A DNA stretch of 64,000 nt from an uncultured Candidatus Saccharibacteria bacterium (GTDB taxonomy: Bacteria; Patescibacteriota; Minisyncoccia; Phycocordibacterales; WO2-35-19). Below are positions 19,789 to 28,942 of the stretch, one piece after another (positions within the stretch are counted from its first letter, which is position 1; each line of letters begins with the position of its first letter). The notes under the pieces are model-generated. The model ran no database searches. It was given only the letters and a program-made list of their open reading frames with translations, and was not told the DNA's origin. The DNA lies in assembly GCA_964548205.1 (NCBI GenBank), contig CAZJPJ010000005.1, positions 1,021 to 65,020 on the forward strand, given 5' to 3'. A program made the translations under genes and the position numbers.

Positions 19789-21043
19789 AGATTTAGATAT
19801 AAATAATTTTAACAATGCTCTTATTTTTTTGGATATCGATGGAACCATCACTGAAGATAAGTCTCAAAAAATAGATGCGGTAGAGTTGCTTAAAATAAAA
19901 GAATTGCAATATAAAAACAAACTATACCTTTGTTCTAATGGTAATAATAGTAATATTTTTAGTAACCTGATTGGTGTGCCATATATACAAAATCGTAAAC
20001 CGTTTATTGGTAAGAGCGCGAGAAATATTTTGAGAAATTTTGATTCTAAAACTACTAATAAATTTGTCATAGGTGACAAATTTTTGACAGATGGCCTGTT
20101 TGCTTTACTAGCTAAGTCGCGGTTTATAAAAATTAGACACAAAGTCGGTGATAAGAGGACCTTGTTTGAGAGATTATCCTACCTTTTTGATGATATTGTG
20201 TGGTTCTTTTATCAAATTTTCATATTGGTAAGGCCCTTGTCGTGGGTAAAAAGTTTGCTTGTGTTTGCGCCAATCTTTTTTGCAGGAGAGATATTTGAAA
20301 TATCGATCATAACAAAAGCACTCAAGGCTTTTGTGGCGTTCTGCTTTGCTTCTAGTTTTGTTTATGTACTAAATGATATTGCAGATCGAGAAGTAGATAG
20401 AAAACATATGTTTAAAAAATATAGACCTCTAGCAAACGGTGCTATAGGTATCGGGAGTGCGTACTTTATCGCCCTTACTCTTGTTGTGTTTTTATTTAGT
20501 CTGCTATCTTTTGTTCCGGAAATAATAATACCCATTACAATCTACATTGTATTAAATGGTCTATACACTATATGGCTAAAACATATAGCAGTCTTAGACA
20601 TTATATTAGTGTCATCTTTTTATTTGCTAAGAGTCTTGGTGGGGGGTGTGGCTGTAGGGGTATATATTTCACCTTGGATTATTATGTGTGCATTCTTCGG
20701 TTCACTGTTTGTTATATCTGGTAAAAGGAGAGCGGAACATGCTAAGAAAAATAGGAGGCAGGTCCTAGACGACTATTCAGACAAAGCTCTTGATTATATA
20801 TTAGCCATATCTTCTTCCTTGGCTGTTATGGGTTATGCTATCTGGAGTGTTGTTGAGCACGATTCGCCATACCTAGTGTATTCCACAATATTTGTAGTTT
20901 TCTCTCTTTTCCGAGTTTTAAATCGAGTGTATACTCATCCTGAAGAAGCAGAGTCACCTGAGATACTAGTTTTTAAAGATGTTTATATACTCTCAGCCTT
21001 TATATTTTGGGTAATATATATGTATATTATTTTTTATCAATAA
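19778..21043 (+). CDS. Fusion protein: HAD-superfamily phosphatase (YqeG/IIIA-like) + UbiA-family polyprenyl-phosphate (phospho)glycosyl/prenyl transferase
   Basis: HAD motif I FLDIDGTIT at N-terminus. UbiA aspartate-rich motif VLNDIADREVDRKH, a second Asp-rich region DDYSDKALD, 8-9 TM helices. Confidence 0.65.
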   Translation: MNFKDLDINNFNNALIFLDIDGTITEDKSQKIDAVELLKIKELQYKNKLYLCSNGNNSNIFSNLIGVPYIQNRKPFIGKSARNILRNFDSKTTNKFVIGDKFLTDGLFALLAKSRFIKIRHKVGDKRTLFERLSYLFDDIVWFFYQIFILVRPLSWVKSLLVFAPIFFAGEIFEISIITKALKAFVAFCFASSFVYVLNDIADREVDRKHMFKKYRPLANGAIGIGSAYFIALTLVVFLFSLLSFVPEIIIPITIYIVLNGLYTIWLKHIAVLDIILVSSFYLLRVLVGGVAVGVYISPWIIMCAFFGSLFVISGKRRAEHAKKNRRQVLDDYSDKALDYILAISSSLAVMGYAIWSVVEHDSPYLVYSTIFVVFSLFRVLNRVYTHPEEAESPEILVFKDVYILSAFIFWVIYMYIIFYQ

Positions 21044-21058
21044 ATAAAATTGTAGAAT

Positions 21059-22093
21059 ATGACCTATTTTATTACAGGGGGTTCGGGTTTTTTGGGAATA
21101 AACATGGTCAGATACCTCTTGGAAAGGGGGCACAATATTGTTTCCTATGATCTTCTCCCTTTTGATTATCCTGAGAAAGATAAAATAAAATGGATAGTAG
21201 GAGACATAAGGAACAAAGATTTTCTCAAAAGTAGTATGCAGGGAAGTGATATAGTTATTCATACTGCCGCTGCACTTCCTTTGTACAGTACAGAAGATAT
21301 AAGAACAACTGATATAGATGGCACTAGGAATGTATGTGAATCAGCTCTAGAAAATGGGATAAAGCGCATGATCCATATATCTTCTACTGCTGTATATGGT
21401 ATCCCAGATCACCATCCTTTATATGAGACTGATAAGCTTGATGGTGTTGGAGAATATGGTAAGGCAAAAATTGCCGCAGAGGACATATGCAAAGATTATA
21501 GAAGTAAGGGTCTTGTGGTACCTATACTAAGACCAAAATCTTTTATTGGCCCAGAGCGCTTGGGGGTTTTTGCTTTATTTTATGATTGGGCTGCTACAGG
21601 ACATGGGTTTCCAATGATAGGGAATGGCAAGAATAGGTATCAACTCATGGACGTAGAGGATTTTTGTGAGGGTATTTATCTTGCTTCAACTTTAGAAGAA
21701 GAAAAAGTGAACGATGTTTTTAATTTTGGAGCAAAAGAGTTTACTACTATGGGCGAAGATTATCAGGCAGTACTTGATAGGGCAGGGTTTAATAAAAAGA
21801 TTTCGGGCTGGCCTGCAGCACCCATGATCTGGGCTCTTCGAGTTTTAGAATTTTTCAACCTTTCACCACTTTATAAATGGGTCTATGAGACTGCAAGTAA
21901 AGATAGTTTTGTATCAATAGAAAAGGCGGAAAGGGTACTTGGTTGGAAGCCGAAGTTTTCAAACAAAGATGCCCTCGTGAGAAATTATGAATGGTATTTG
22001 GAACACAAAGATAGTTTTATCGGCCAGAGTGGTGTAAACCACAGAGTACCTTGGAAGCAGGGTGTACTATCATTGGTAAAAAAGTTTTTCTAA
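21059..22093 (+). CDS. NAD-dependent epimerase/dehydratase (extended SDR)
   Basis: ITGGSGFLGINMVRYLLERGH Rossmann motif. YGKAK catalytic YxxxK. Confidence 0.75.
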   Translation: MTYFITGGSGFLGINMVRYLLERGHNIVSYDLLPFDYPEKDKIKWIVGDIRNKDFLKSSMQGSDIVIHTAAALPLYSTEDIRTTDIDGTRNVCESALENGIKRMIHISSTAVYGIPDHHPLYETDKLDGVGEYGKAKIAAEDICKDYRSKGLVVPILRPKSFIGPERLGVFALFYDWAATGHGFPMIGNGKNRYQLMDVEDFCEGIYLASTLEEEKVNDVFNFGAKEFTTMGEDYQAVLDRAGFNKKISGWPAAPMIWALRVLEFFNLSPLYKWVYETASKDSFVSIEKAERVLGWKPKFSNKDALVRNYEWYLEHKDSFIGQSGVNHRVPWKQGVLSLVKKFF

Positions 22094-22111
22094 TTTTATC
22101 TAAAAATCTAA

Positions 22112-22152
22112 AAATGAAACCCCGCCCTCGGCTTTCGCCTCGGGCGGGGTGA
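22112..22152 (-). terminator. GC-rich hairpin terminator between convergent genes (U-tract on minus-strand transcript)
   Basis: ccccgccc(22120-22127)...gggcgggg(22142-22149) stem. On the minus transcript it is followed by uuucauuuuu. Confidence 0.6.
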
Positions 22153-22173
22153 AGAACTTGTGGGGGAAAGGGG

Positions 22174-22707
22174 CTAGATCCACCCCTTCAACCAATGGTG
22201 GAAGCGAGACACCCGCTCCCACAAAATATAGATCGGTGCGCACCAGATTTGAATGTGGGGGTTGCCCAACTCGTACGGTACCTTTCCTGGGTCAAGGATC
22301 CCGACAACCTTGAACTCCAGCTTTTCGGCCACCCACTTGCATCGCATAGCGTGCATGGGGTGGGCGAGGATGACGATACTCTTGAGTTGCGGGCGCGCCG
22401 CCCTCAATATTAAGAAGAAATCGCGAGTGCTGATGTGGTCGGCTCCAGGTTTGCCGACTACCACAGGGGAGTTTTGGGCGATACCCTCAAACTCCCACTG
22501 AAGGGTGAGGGGTTTCCGAAGGTTCTCCTCATAATTCAGGCCAGCTTCAGCTAGTGCTCTATTGCTCGGGTTTATGGGGTCCCCGAGCTTTATGGTCCCA
22601 AACGGGACCACTGCGATGGTGTCAAAAGGGGGAATCACCGCCCCCTGATATGTCTTGAGGTACTTGGAAGGACCCCAGTACCCAAAGAGTTTTTGAAATG
22701 TACTCAC
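22174..22707 (-). CDS. DUF218 (YdcF/ElyC-like) domain protein, inside a GC-rich island; GTG start with AGGAGG SD
   Basis: ...HISTRDFFLILRAA...KSIVILAHPMHAMRCKWVAEKLEF matches the DUF218 S-R-N-T-x-E-N ... VTS-x-x-H-M-x-R motif pair. ORF-track start 22914 replaced by GTG at 22705-22707, preceded by aggagg (22712-22717 rc) at 5-nt spacing. Local GC ~55% versus ~38% genome. Confidence 0.55.
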   Translation of the reverse strand: MSTFQKLFGYWGPSKYLKTYQGAVIPPFDTIAVVPFGTIKLGDPINPSNRALAEAGLNYEENLRKPLTLQWEFEGIAQNSPVVVGKPGADHISTRDFFLILRAARPQLKSIVILAHPMHAMRCKWVAEKLEFKVVGILDPGKVPYELGNPHIQIWCAPIYILWERVSRFHHWLKGWI

Positions 22708-22715
22708 TTTTCCTC

Positions 22716-23450
22716 CTAATTTACAGGTTGTGAAAGGTTTTTCTTGGCGAAGTATTCTACGCCAAGAATTTTGTAAACGGGTAGCCCAAAGAGGTTGGCA
22801 ACGATCCATGTCTGCCAGTACCTCTGGGCGATCATTGGACTGTTCGGGTCGTCGTCCCCCTTCATGGGGGTAGAGACGAACCAAAGTTTTTCTTTTGGGT
22901 GGTAGTGTCTCCACACCATCCGAGCCCTACGTATGTGAGCTCCGTTGCCGACAATGATCGACGGGCCGATAGTAGTGCCGCCATTGACCTCGAGCGCTTT
23001 TGCCACCAGAAGCTCTCTTTCGTCAGTGGTACTCGATGCGTTGCCAGCATTTTTAATCCGGCCAAACAAAGAGTTACGAAGTGCGAGAACTTTTTTACTT
23101 GCAAATTCTTTTGATCCCTCGGGGTTATCTCGGAATTCGCATGAAAAAATACGTGAGTCCGGATACTCGTACGCCAGTAGAATGGCGAGCAGTGTGGTGT
23201 TGAGAGACATACACGTTAGCCCCTGTTCGTTTGCTGCATACGATATCAGGAATACGTTTTTTATTCCGTCATTGCTGGGCAATTCATGCCGTTCGTCTAT
23301 CTCCATCCAAGGTATGAATAGGGATAGTATTCGAGATACTAGCCATGATGTCAAAAACCTGATCACAGCCGGCTTACCAAGAAGCCGGAGAAATTTTTGT
23401 TCCACGATTTCAATCTCCTTCTTTTGTGATTTAAGCATAAAATTTGGCAT
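22716..23450 (-). CDS. DUF218-like domain protein (divergent paralog of downstream gene), GC-rich island
   Basis: ...NASSTTDERELLVAKALEVNGGTTIGPSIIVGNGAHIRRARMVW parallels SRNTYENA...LVTSAFHMPRA of DUF218. N-terminal TM helix. Confidence 0.45.
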   Translation of the reverse strand: MPNFMLKSQKKEIEIVEQKFLRLLGKPAVIRFLTSWLVSRILSLFIPWMEIDERHELPSNDGIKNVFLISYAANEQGLTCMSLNTTLLAILLAYEYPDSRIFSCEFRDNPEGSKEFASKKVLALRNSLFGRIKNAGNASSTTDERELLVAKALEVNGGTTIGPSIIVGNGAHIRRARMVWRHYHPKEKLWFVSTPMKGDDDPNSPMIAQRYWQTWIVANLFGLPVYKILGVEYFAKKNLSQPVN

Positions 23451-23489
23451 TTTGCAAGTTTAGTCTTGCCTTTATTTTAACACTCTTTT

Positions 23490-25175
23490 TTGTTACTTTT
23501 ACTACACATGAATTTGTCAAAAAAGGAACTGCTAGTTTTCTTGGGATTAATTATTTTGTTTTTTGCTCTGCGGCTGCCGGGAGTTACTACCCCATACCAT
23601 CAAGATGAATACAAATGGCCGCTTTATGCCGAAGAGAAGGTCTATGCTCCAGGGAGCGTACCTCACCCTCCACTTACAGAATTTATTTATAGAGTGGTGG
23701 GCAAACATATAGGGTTAGACAATTTTAGATTCATCCCCCTAACTTTTGGTTTTATAAATTTATTTCTACTTTTCTATCTTGTCTCTTTTATTTTTGATCG
23801 CAAGACTGCTTTTTGGGCTGTCGGACTCCATACTGTATCTTTCTACTCCATACTTGCTAACCTTATGGTCGATGTGGATGGTAGTGTTATGCCCTTTTTC
23901 TTTCTTACCTCTCTAATTGGTTATTACAAGATGAGGCTTCTTGATTTCAAACTTGTCAGACAAAATATAAAATGGCCCATCTTACTTCTCTTGGGTATCG
24001 TGGGAGGATTTCTTATCAAAGTCAGTTTCTTTTTGAGCATCGCTGCTATAGGAGCAGATTTTTTGTTTGAAAAAAGAGTTTTCTCTGATAAGAAAAAAGT
24101 ATTGAAATATAGTTTTTATGCATCACTCGCAATGTTGGGGCTTGTGCTTATACTTCTCTCTATCAAATATATATTCCCGTTTTTTGATCTGTCAAAAGCT
24201 CTTAAATATTGGGAGCATTTCGCTGTGTTTAGTGGCAGAGGTTGGGGTCAGACGTTTATACAGTTTGCAAAGTCTCTTATGTACATTTCACCGATGCTTC
24301 TCTTGCCTCTTGCTTTTGTAAACAGAGATCTTTGGGCCAGAGCGAGACCAATGTTTCTATTTCTATTTTTTGCTACAGTTTTCTATCTCTTGGTCTTTGA
24401 TTTCTCTTTGGGTGCTATCGACAGGTATTTTCAGTTTGCAGTGGTACCGCTATCTATAATAGTAGGTTCTATATTTGCAAGCTATATAAAATGGGAAGAT
24501 GCGAAGGAGTTTAGAGAGAAGAAATATTTGTATATATCTATATCTATCGCAGTAATTATATTCCTTATCCAATTGTTGCCACATGTAGCACCGCCTCTGT
24601 ATCCTAAAAGTGAATGGGTAGGCAGGGTCTTTTCTTTAGAGTGGAACTTATTGTTCCCATTTATGGGTGGTTCTGGACCGATACCGTTTTATATGTCTTT
24701 TGGTTTTATAGCACTTAGCTTCATTGCTTCTTTGGTTTTTGTTGTATCAGCTATATTTAGACGAAAGATTATTAGTTTTGCTCTACTTTCTGTACTTATA
24801 TTAGGACTTTCTTACAACTTTGCTTTTACACAAGAATACTTATTTGGCAAGATAAATGGTAGCTCCAAAAATCTTGTAAAAGAAGCACTCGAGTATATAG
24901 AGAAAGATCAAAAAATAAAAAAAGTTGTGGTTTATAATGATAACGGTGGATGGGATGTAAGGAAAACCGGCAAGTATGCTCGTAGGATGTATGCTACTCC
25001 AGAGTTTGAAGATGAATATAAAGAATATCTAGAGGCTTTTAGTGGTCATGTTATGTTTGTGGGTGTACCAACACTATATAAGAATAGTTTTTATCAACAA
25101 TATTTTGATTCTTGCGAAGTTGTTTATACAAAGAGAGATAAACAAATCGGGTCTAAAATATATAAATGTAATTAG
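23490..25175 (+). CDS. GT-C fold membrane glycosyltransferase (ArnT/PMT-like, lipid-phosphosugar dependent)
   Basis: 12-13 TM helices. First extracytoplasmic loop PYHQDEYKWPLY (DE motif as in ArnT/PMT family). Large C-terminal soluble domain. Confidence 0.55.
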   Translation: MLLLLHMNLSKKELLVFLGLIILFFALRLPGVTTPYHQDEYKWPLYAEEKVYAPGSVPHPPLTEFIYRVVGKHIGLDNFRFIPLTFGFINLFLLFYLVSFIFDRKTAFWAVGLHTVSFYSILANLMVDVDGSVMPFFFLTSLIGYYKMRLLDFKLVRQNIKWPILLLLGIVGGFLIKVSFFLSIAAIGADFLFEKRVFSDKKKVLKYSFYASLAMLGLVLILLSIKYIFPFFDLSKALKYWEHFAVFSGRGWGQTFIQFAKSLMYISPMLLLPLAFVNRDLWARARPMFLFLFFATVFYLLVFDFSLGAIDRYFQFAVVPLSIIVGSIFASYIKWEDAKEFREKKYLYISISIAVIIFLIQLLPHVAPPLYPKSEWVGRVFSLEWNLLFPFMGGSGPIPFYMSFGFIALSFIASLVFVVSAIFRRKIISFALLSVLILGLSYNFAFTQEYLFGKINGSSKNLVKEALEYIEKDQKIKKVVVYNDNGGWDVRKTGKYARRMYATPEFEDEYKEYLEAFSGHVMFVGVPTLYKNSFYQQYFDSCEVVYTKRDKQIGSKIYKCN

Positions 25176-25179
25176 ATAA

Positions 25180-26088
25180 ATGAAGCCACACTGCTCCATC
25201 TGCGACACCTCCTCTATATTTCTTTTAAATAAAGATGAGCATGATCTGTATAAGTGTCCAAAATGTCAGCTTGTCTTTGTGTACCCAGAGCCCCCCTCTA
25301 CTTTTCTGCAAGAAAATCTATATTCTGCCGAGTCTGGTTATATGTCTAATCGGGCTAGACAAGATTTATCTAAAGATAAAGAACAGAAAAGAGTCAGTGT
25401 TGTATTCGATTATTTTCAAAGGCATAACCCTAAGGGTCTAATGCTCGATGTCGGTTGTGGTAATGGTCAGATGATGTATTGGGCACAAAAAAGAGGGATA
25501 GAAAGTAAGGGGGTAGAGCTAAACAAAAGAACAGCAGATAGAGCGCTGGAGTACGGTTTTGAAGTTTATAATGGTTTTTTAGAGGATGCGCCATTTGATA
25601 AAAAATCATTCGACTATGTATTCCTCGGAGAAATAATAGAACATGTTATTGATCCAAGAGTCTTTGTAAGACAGACCGCTTCTTTTTTGAGAGAAGAGGG
25701 ACTAGTAGGTATCACTACACCCAATATTGACTGCCCGTGGTCAAAAACCACTTTTTTTTATTATAAAATATTTGGTATACCTTGGTCTTCGGTTACACCA
25801 CCATACCACCTAAACCAGTTTGATTCTGCCAATCTAGATTTGCTTATGAGGCAAGAAGGTTTTACAGAAGTGCTTACAAAATATCTAAGAATACCTCCCC
25901 TCAAATACGAGCTCGGCATGTTGCATCTCATAAAGAGATACAAAAAAAGTAAAAAATTTAGAGACCTACTCTTCGCTATTTTTTCTTTTGCTCTTTATTC
26001 TATAACCCATCTTTTCTTTAGGTTGTTGCATCCGATCTGGGGCAAAGATTTTCAGATGGTAAAAGTTTATAAATATGCAAAAAAATAA
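25180..26088 (+). CDS. Class I SAM-dependent methyltransferase with N-terminal CxxC...CxxC zinc ribbon
   Basis: CSIC...CPKC. Motif I LDVGCGNGQM. Motif post-I DYVFLGEIIEHV. Confidence 0.7.
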   Translation: MKPHCSICDTSSIFLLNKDEHDLYKCPKCQLVFVYPEPPSTFLQENLYSAESGYMSNRARQDLSKDKEQKRVSVVFDYFQRHNPKGLMLDVGCGNGQMMYWAQKRGIESKGVELNKRTADRALEYGFEVYNGFLEDAPFDKKSFDYVFLGEIIEHVIDPRVFVRQTASFLREEGLVGITTPNIDCPWSKTTFFYYKIFGIPWSSVTPPYHLNQFDSANLDLLMRQEGFTEVLTKYLRIPPLKYELGMLHLIKRYKKSKKFRDLLFAIFSFALYSITHLFFRLLHPIWGKDFQMVKVYKYAKK

Positions 26089-27184
26089 GATTCTTTTTTT
26101 GATAAATAAATTAGGTACAGGTGGGGCAGAGAATGTCTTTTTGAAAGATGCTAACCACCTTACTAATCTAGGTTATGATGTGTACTTCTCTCTTGTCTTC
26201 GGTGACCCAGAAGAACAGCCCCTTTTGTCAAAACTGAATGTACCCAAAGAAAAAATACTTTTTTGCGAAGCGAAAAACCTCTTTGATTTAAAAGCTTTAT
26301 ACAGATTAGTTCAATTTATCAAAAAAAATAATATCAATGTATTGTATTCGACCCTAAACGAAGCCAATATTTTCTCAAGACTATCAGCCTTTTGGCGGCA
26401 TGGCGCTAGAGTAATCATACGAGAGGCGAATGTGGCAGACCCTAAACCTTTGAAGTTTAAATTTCTTGATTTAGTTTTAAATATTTTTGTTAAAAAAATA
26501 GTCTGCGTCTCAGAGGAGGTAAAAGACTCTCTTCTTAAATATTTGTGGCTATATAGAAGAAAAATGGTTGTCTTGCCAAACGGGGTAGATATACCAGTCA
26601 AACAGAAAGATTATTCTTATATGAATATGGCAAAAGAAATAAAAGAACCTGTAAGATTTTTAAATGTCGGAAGCCTGACTATTAAGAAGGGACATAAAAT
26701 ATTAATAGAAGCGTGTGCTTTGGTGCAAAAAGAAGCTCCTGATTGTTTTAGTCTCGATATAATAGGGGATGGAGTAGAGAGAGAAAATTTGGAAAAATTA
26801 ATTAAAGATATAAATTTAGAAGACAAAGTTAAGTTGTTAGGTAAACAAGATAAAGAGAAAGTAGGAGAGCATTATTTAAATTCAGATGTTTTTTTGCTCT
26901 CTTCTCTTTGGGAAGGTTCTCCAAATGTTCTACTCGAAGCTATGTCTTACGGGCTTGTCTGTATATCGACTAGAGTAAGTGGGGCTCTTGATATGATAGA
27001 AGATGGGGTATCGGGGCACCTTGTACCAAAAGGAGATAGTAAGGCTCTAGTAGAAAAAATGCTCGAAGTAATAAAGGATCAAGAAAATTTTCAGACTATT
27101 GGTAACAATGCTCGCAAGAAGATGATTGAAGAATACGCTTTTCCTATTTATATAAAAAGGCTTGAAAATGTATTAAGTCTATAG
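26075..27184 (+). CDS. Glycosyltransferase, GT4 family
   Basis: WEGSPNVLLEAMSYGLVCISTRVSGALDMIEDGVSG GT4 C-terminal signature. Confidence 0.75.
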   Translation: MQKNKILFLINKLGTGGAENVFLKDANHLTNLGYDVYFSLVFGDPEEQPLLSKLNVPKEKILFCEAKNLFDLKALYRLVQFIKKNNINVLYSTLNEANIFSRLSAFWRHGARVIIREANVADPKPLKFKFLDLVLNIFVKKIVCVSEEVKDSLLKYLWLYRRKMVVLPNGVDIPVKQKDYSYMNMAKEIKEPVRFLNVGSLTIKKGHKILIEACALVQKEAPDCFSLDIIGDGVERENLEKLIKDINLEDKVKLLGKQDKEKVGEHYLNSDVFLLSSLWEGSPNVLLEAMSYGLVCISTRVSGALDMIEDGVSGHLVPKGDSKALVEKMLEVIKDQENFQTIGNNARKKMIEEYAFPIYIKRLENVLSL

Positions 27185-27186
27185 AT

Positions 27187-28011
27187 ATGCAGAATTTGGC
27201 GAAAAAAGAATACTGGGATTCTGTGTACCAACCCATGGGGCCACATTCTCATGAAGAAGAAACATTTCTCAAGAAGGCGAAAAATTGGGTCAAAAACCAA
27301 ACTCGAGACTACAGCAATTTTATAATGTGGGAAAGAGTGGTGCCTAAGTATTTAAAGAAAGATAATTCTCTAAAAATTATAGAAATCGGCTGTGCCCCCG
27401 GAAAGTATTTGATAAACTTCAGCAAACAATATAGTTACAATGTTTTTGGGGTGGAGTATTCAGAAAAAGGCTTACAAATTACAAAAAATAATTTTATATC
27501 AGAAGGCTTGAACCCAGAGAATGTGATAAAGGCAGATTTTTTTGATAAAGACTTTCATAGCAATTATCACGAAAAGTTTGATCTCGTGTTCTCCAGAGGT
27601 TTTATCGAACATTATGATGATGTAAAAAGTGTGGTCGATCTTCATTTAAGCTTGATCAAAAAAGGAGGACTTGTGATTGTCTCAATTCCAAACCTGTCTG
27701 GGCTAAATAAGTTTTTTGGCAAATTTTTTAATATAGATTCGTACAATCTTCACAATACTTCTATAATGAGTCGCAAATCATTTAGCGAATTATTTGATCC
27801 AGAAAAAGTAGAAATGGTATTTTGTGATTATGTAGGGGTCTTTAGTTTCGGTCTATTCAATACAAACCGTAGATGGAAGTATTTTTTACACAGAGTCTTA
27901 CTTATTGTACAGAGACCTTTTGATTTCTTGCTAAGAATTTTGTTCGATAAACCTACTTTAAGGTCTAAATATTCTTCTCCTTATCTTATGTTCATTGGTC
28001 GCAAAAAATGA
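27187..28011 (+). CDS. SAM-dependent methyltransferase
   Basis: Motif I IIEIGCAPGKY. FDLVFSRGFIEHYDD. Confidence 0.65.
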   Translation: MQNLAKKEYWDSVYQPMGPHSHEEETFLKKAKNWVKNQTRDYSNFIMWERVVPKYLKKDNSLKIIEIGCAPGKYLINFSKQYSYNVFGVEYSEKGLQITKNNFISEGLNPENVIKADFFDKDFHSNYHEKFDLVFSRGFIEHYDDVKSVVDLHLSLIKKGGLVIVSIPNLSGLNKFFGKFFNIDSYNLHNTSIMSRKSFSELFDPEKVEMVFCDYVGVFSFGLFNTNRRWKYFLHRVLLIVQRPFDFLLRILFDKPTLRSKYSSPYLMFIGRKK

Positions 28012-28942
28012 TAAACTCGCATGTATGAATGCCCTAAAAAATAGGCTAAGGCCTGTGTGGAATTCGCCCTTGGTCTGGGATTGTAGAGGGCATTTTTTTG
28101 CCTTGAGGGAGAAGTTGTCGGGCTATAAACTGGCCAAACGAGATTTCTTCGAAAAGATGGGGTATGAGCTCAACCTAGATAACCCTCAGACTTTTAGCGA
28201 ACATATTGTCCATAAAAAAATATTTGATCGCGATCCCTTGCTGCCTATTCTTGCAGATAAATACAAAGTTAGAGAATATATAAAGAAGTTTTTAGGAGAA
28301 GAAGAGTCGCAAAAAATCCTAATACCACTTTTATTCGAGACACAGAACCCTGAGACTATTCCGTTCGATATATTGGAGCGTGAATATATCATCAAGACCA
28401 ATCATAATTCTGGCCCTCACTTCATTGTAGAAAATAACAAGAGTATCGATAGGGAAGAAATAATTGCTAAACTCAAAAATCAGCTCAAATACTCTTATGG
28501 GATACTGAAGCACGAATGGGCGTATTCTAAGATAAGTCCAAAAAGAGTAGTGGTTGAAAGGTTGATCAGAGATGAGCAAGGAGCTCTACCAAAAGACTTC
28601 AAATTTCATATGATTAAGGGAGAGTGTGCTTTTATCCAAGTAGATTTTGATCGCTTTATAGATCATTCAAGGACTTTGTATGATAAAGATTGGAATCGAA
28701 TAGGTGCTACTTTAAAATTTAAACAAGGGAGAGAAGAACCAAGGCCGAAAAATTTTGACCAAATGCTACAGTTGGCTCAAAAGCTTTCAAAGCCGTTCGA
28801 CTATGTGAGAGTCGATTTGTATACAACTCAAGACAAGGTCTATTTGGGAGAGATGACCCATTATCCGGGGTCGGGCATGGAGCCCTTTACTCCCATAGAT
28901 TATGATTATAAGTTTGGAGAATATTGGGGGGATGCAAAATAA
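27995..28942 (+). CDS. ATP-grasp fold protein, TupA-like (glycan amino-acid/amide ligase family)
   Basis: DFKFHMIKGECAFIQVDFDRF and VRVDLYTTQDKVYLGEMT blocks typical of the TupA-like ATP-grasp family (recalled pattern). Needs HMM check. Confidence 0.5.
   Translation: MVAKNDKLACMNALKNRLRPVWNSPLVWDCRGHFFALREKLSGYKLAKRDFFEKMGYELNLDNPQTFSEHIVHKKIFDRDPLLPILADKYKVREYIKKFLGEEESQKILIPLLFETQNPETIPFDILEREYIIKTNHNSGPHFIVENNKSIDREEIIAKLKNQLKYSYGILKHEWAYSKISPKRVVVERLIRDEQGALPKDFKFHMIKGECAFIQVDFDRFIDHSRTLYDKDWNRIGATLKFKQGREEPRPKNFDQMLQLAQKLSKPFDYVRVDLYTTQDKVYLGEMTHYPGSGMEPFTPIDYDYKFGEYWGDAK

Noticed and set aside
22195-23463. Four plus-strand ORFs (72-172 aa) overlapping the DUF218 genes
   Set aside because: Artefacts of the high-GC island (few stop codons). 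No recognisable motifs. The minus-strand genes have domain matches and an SD.
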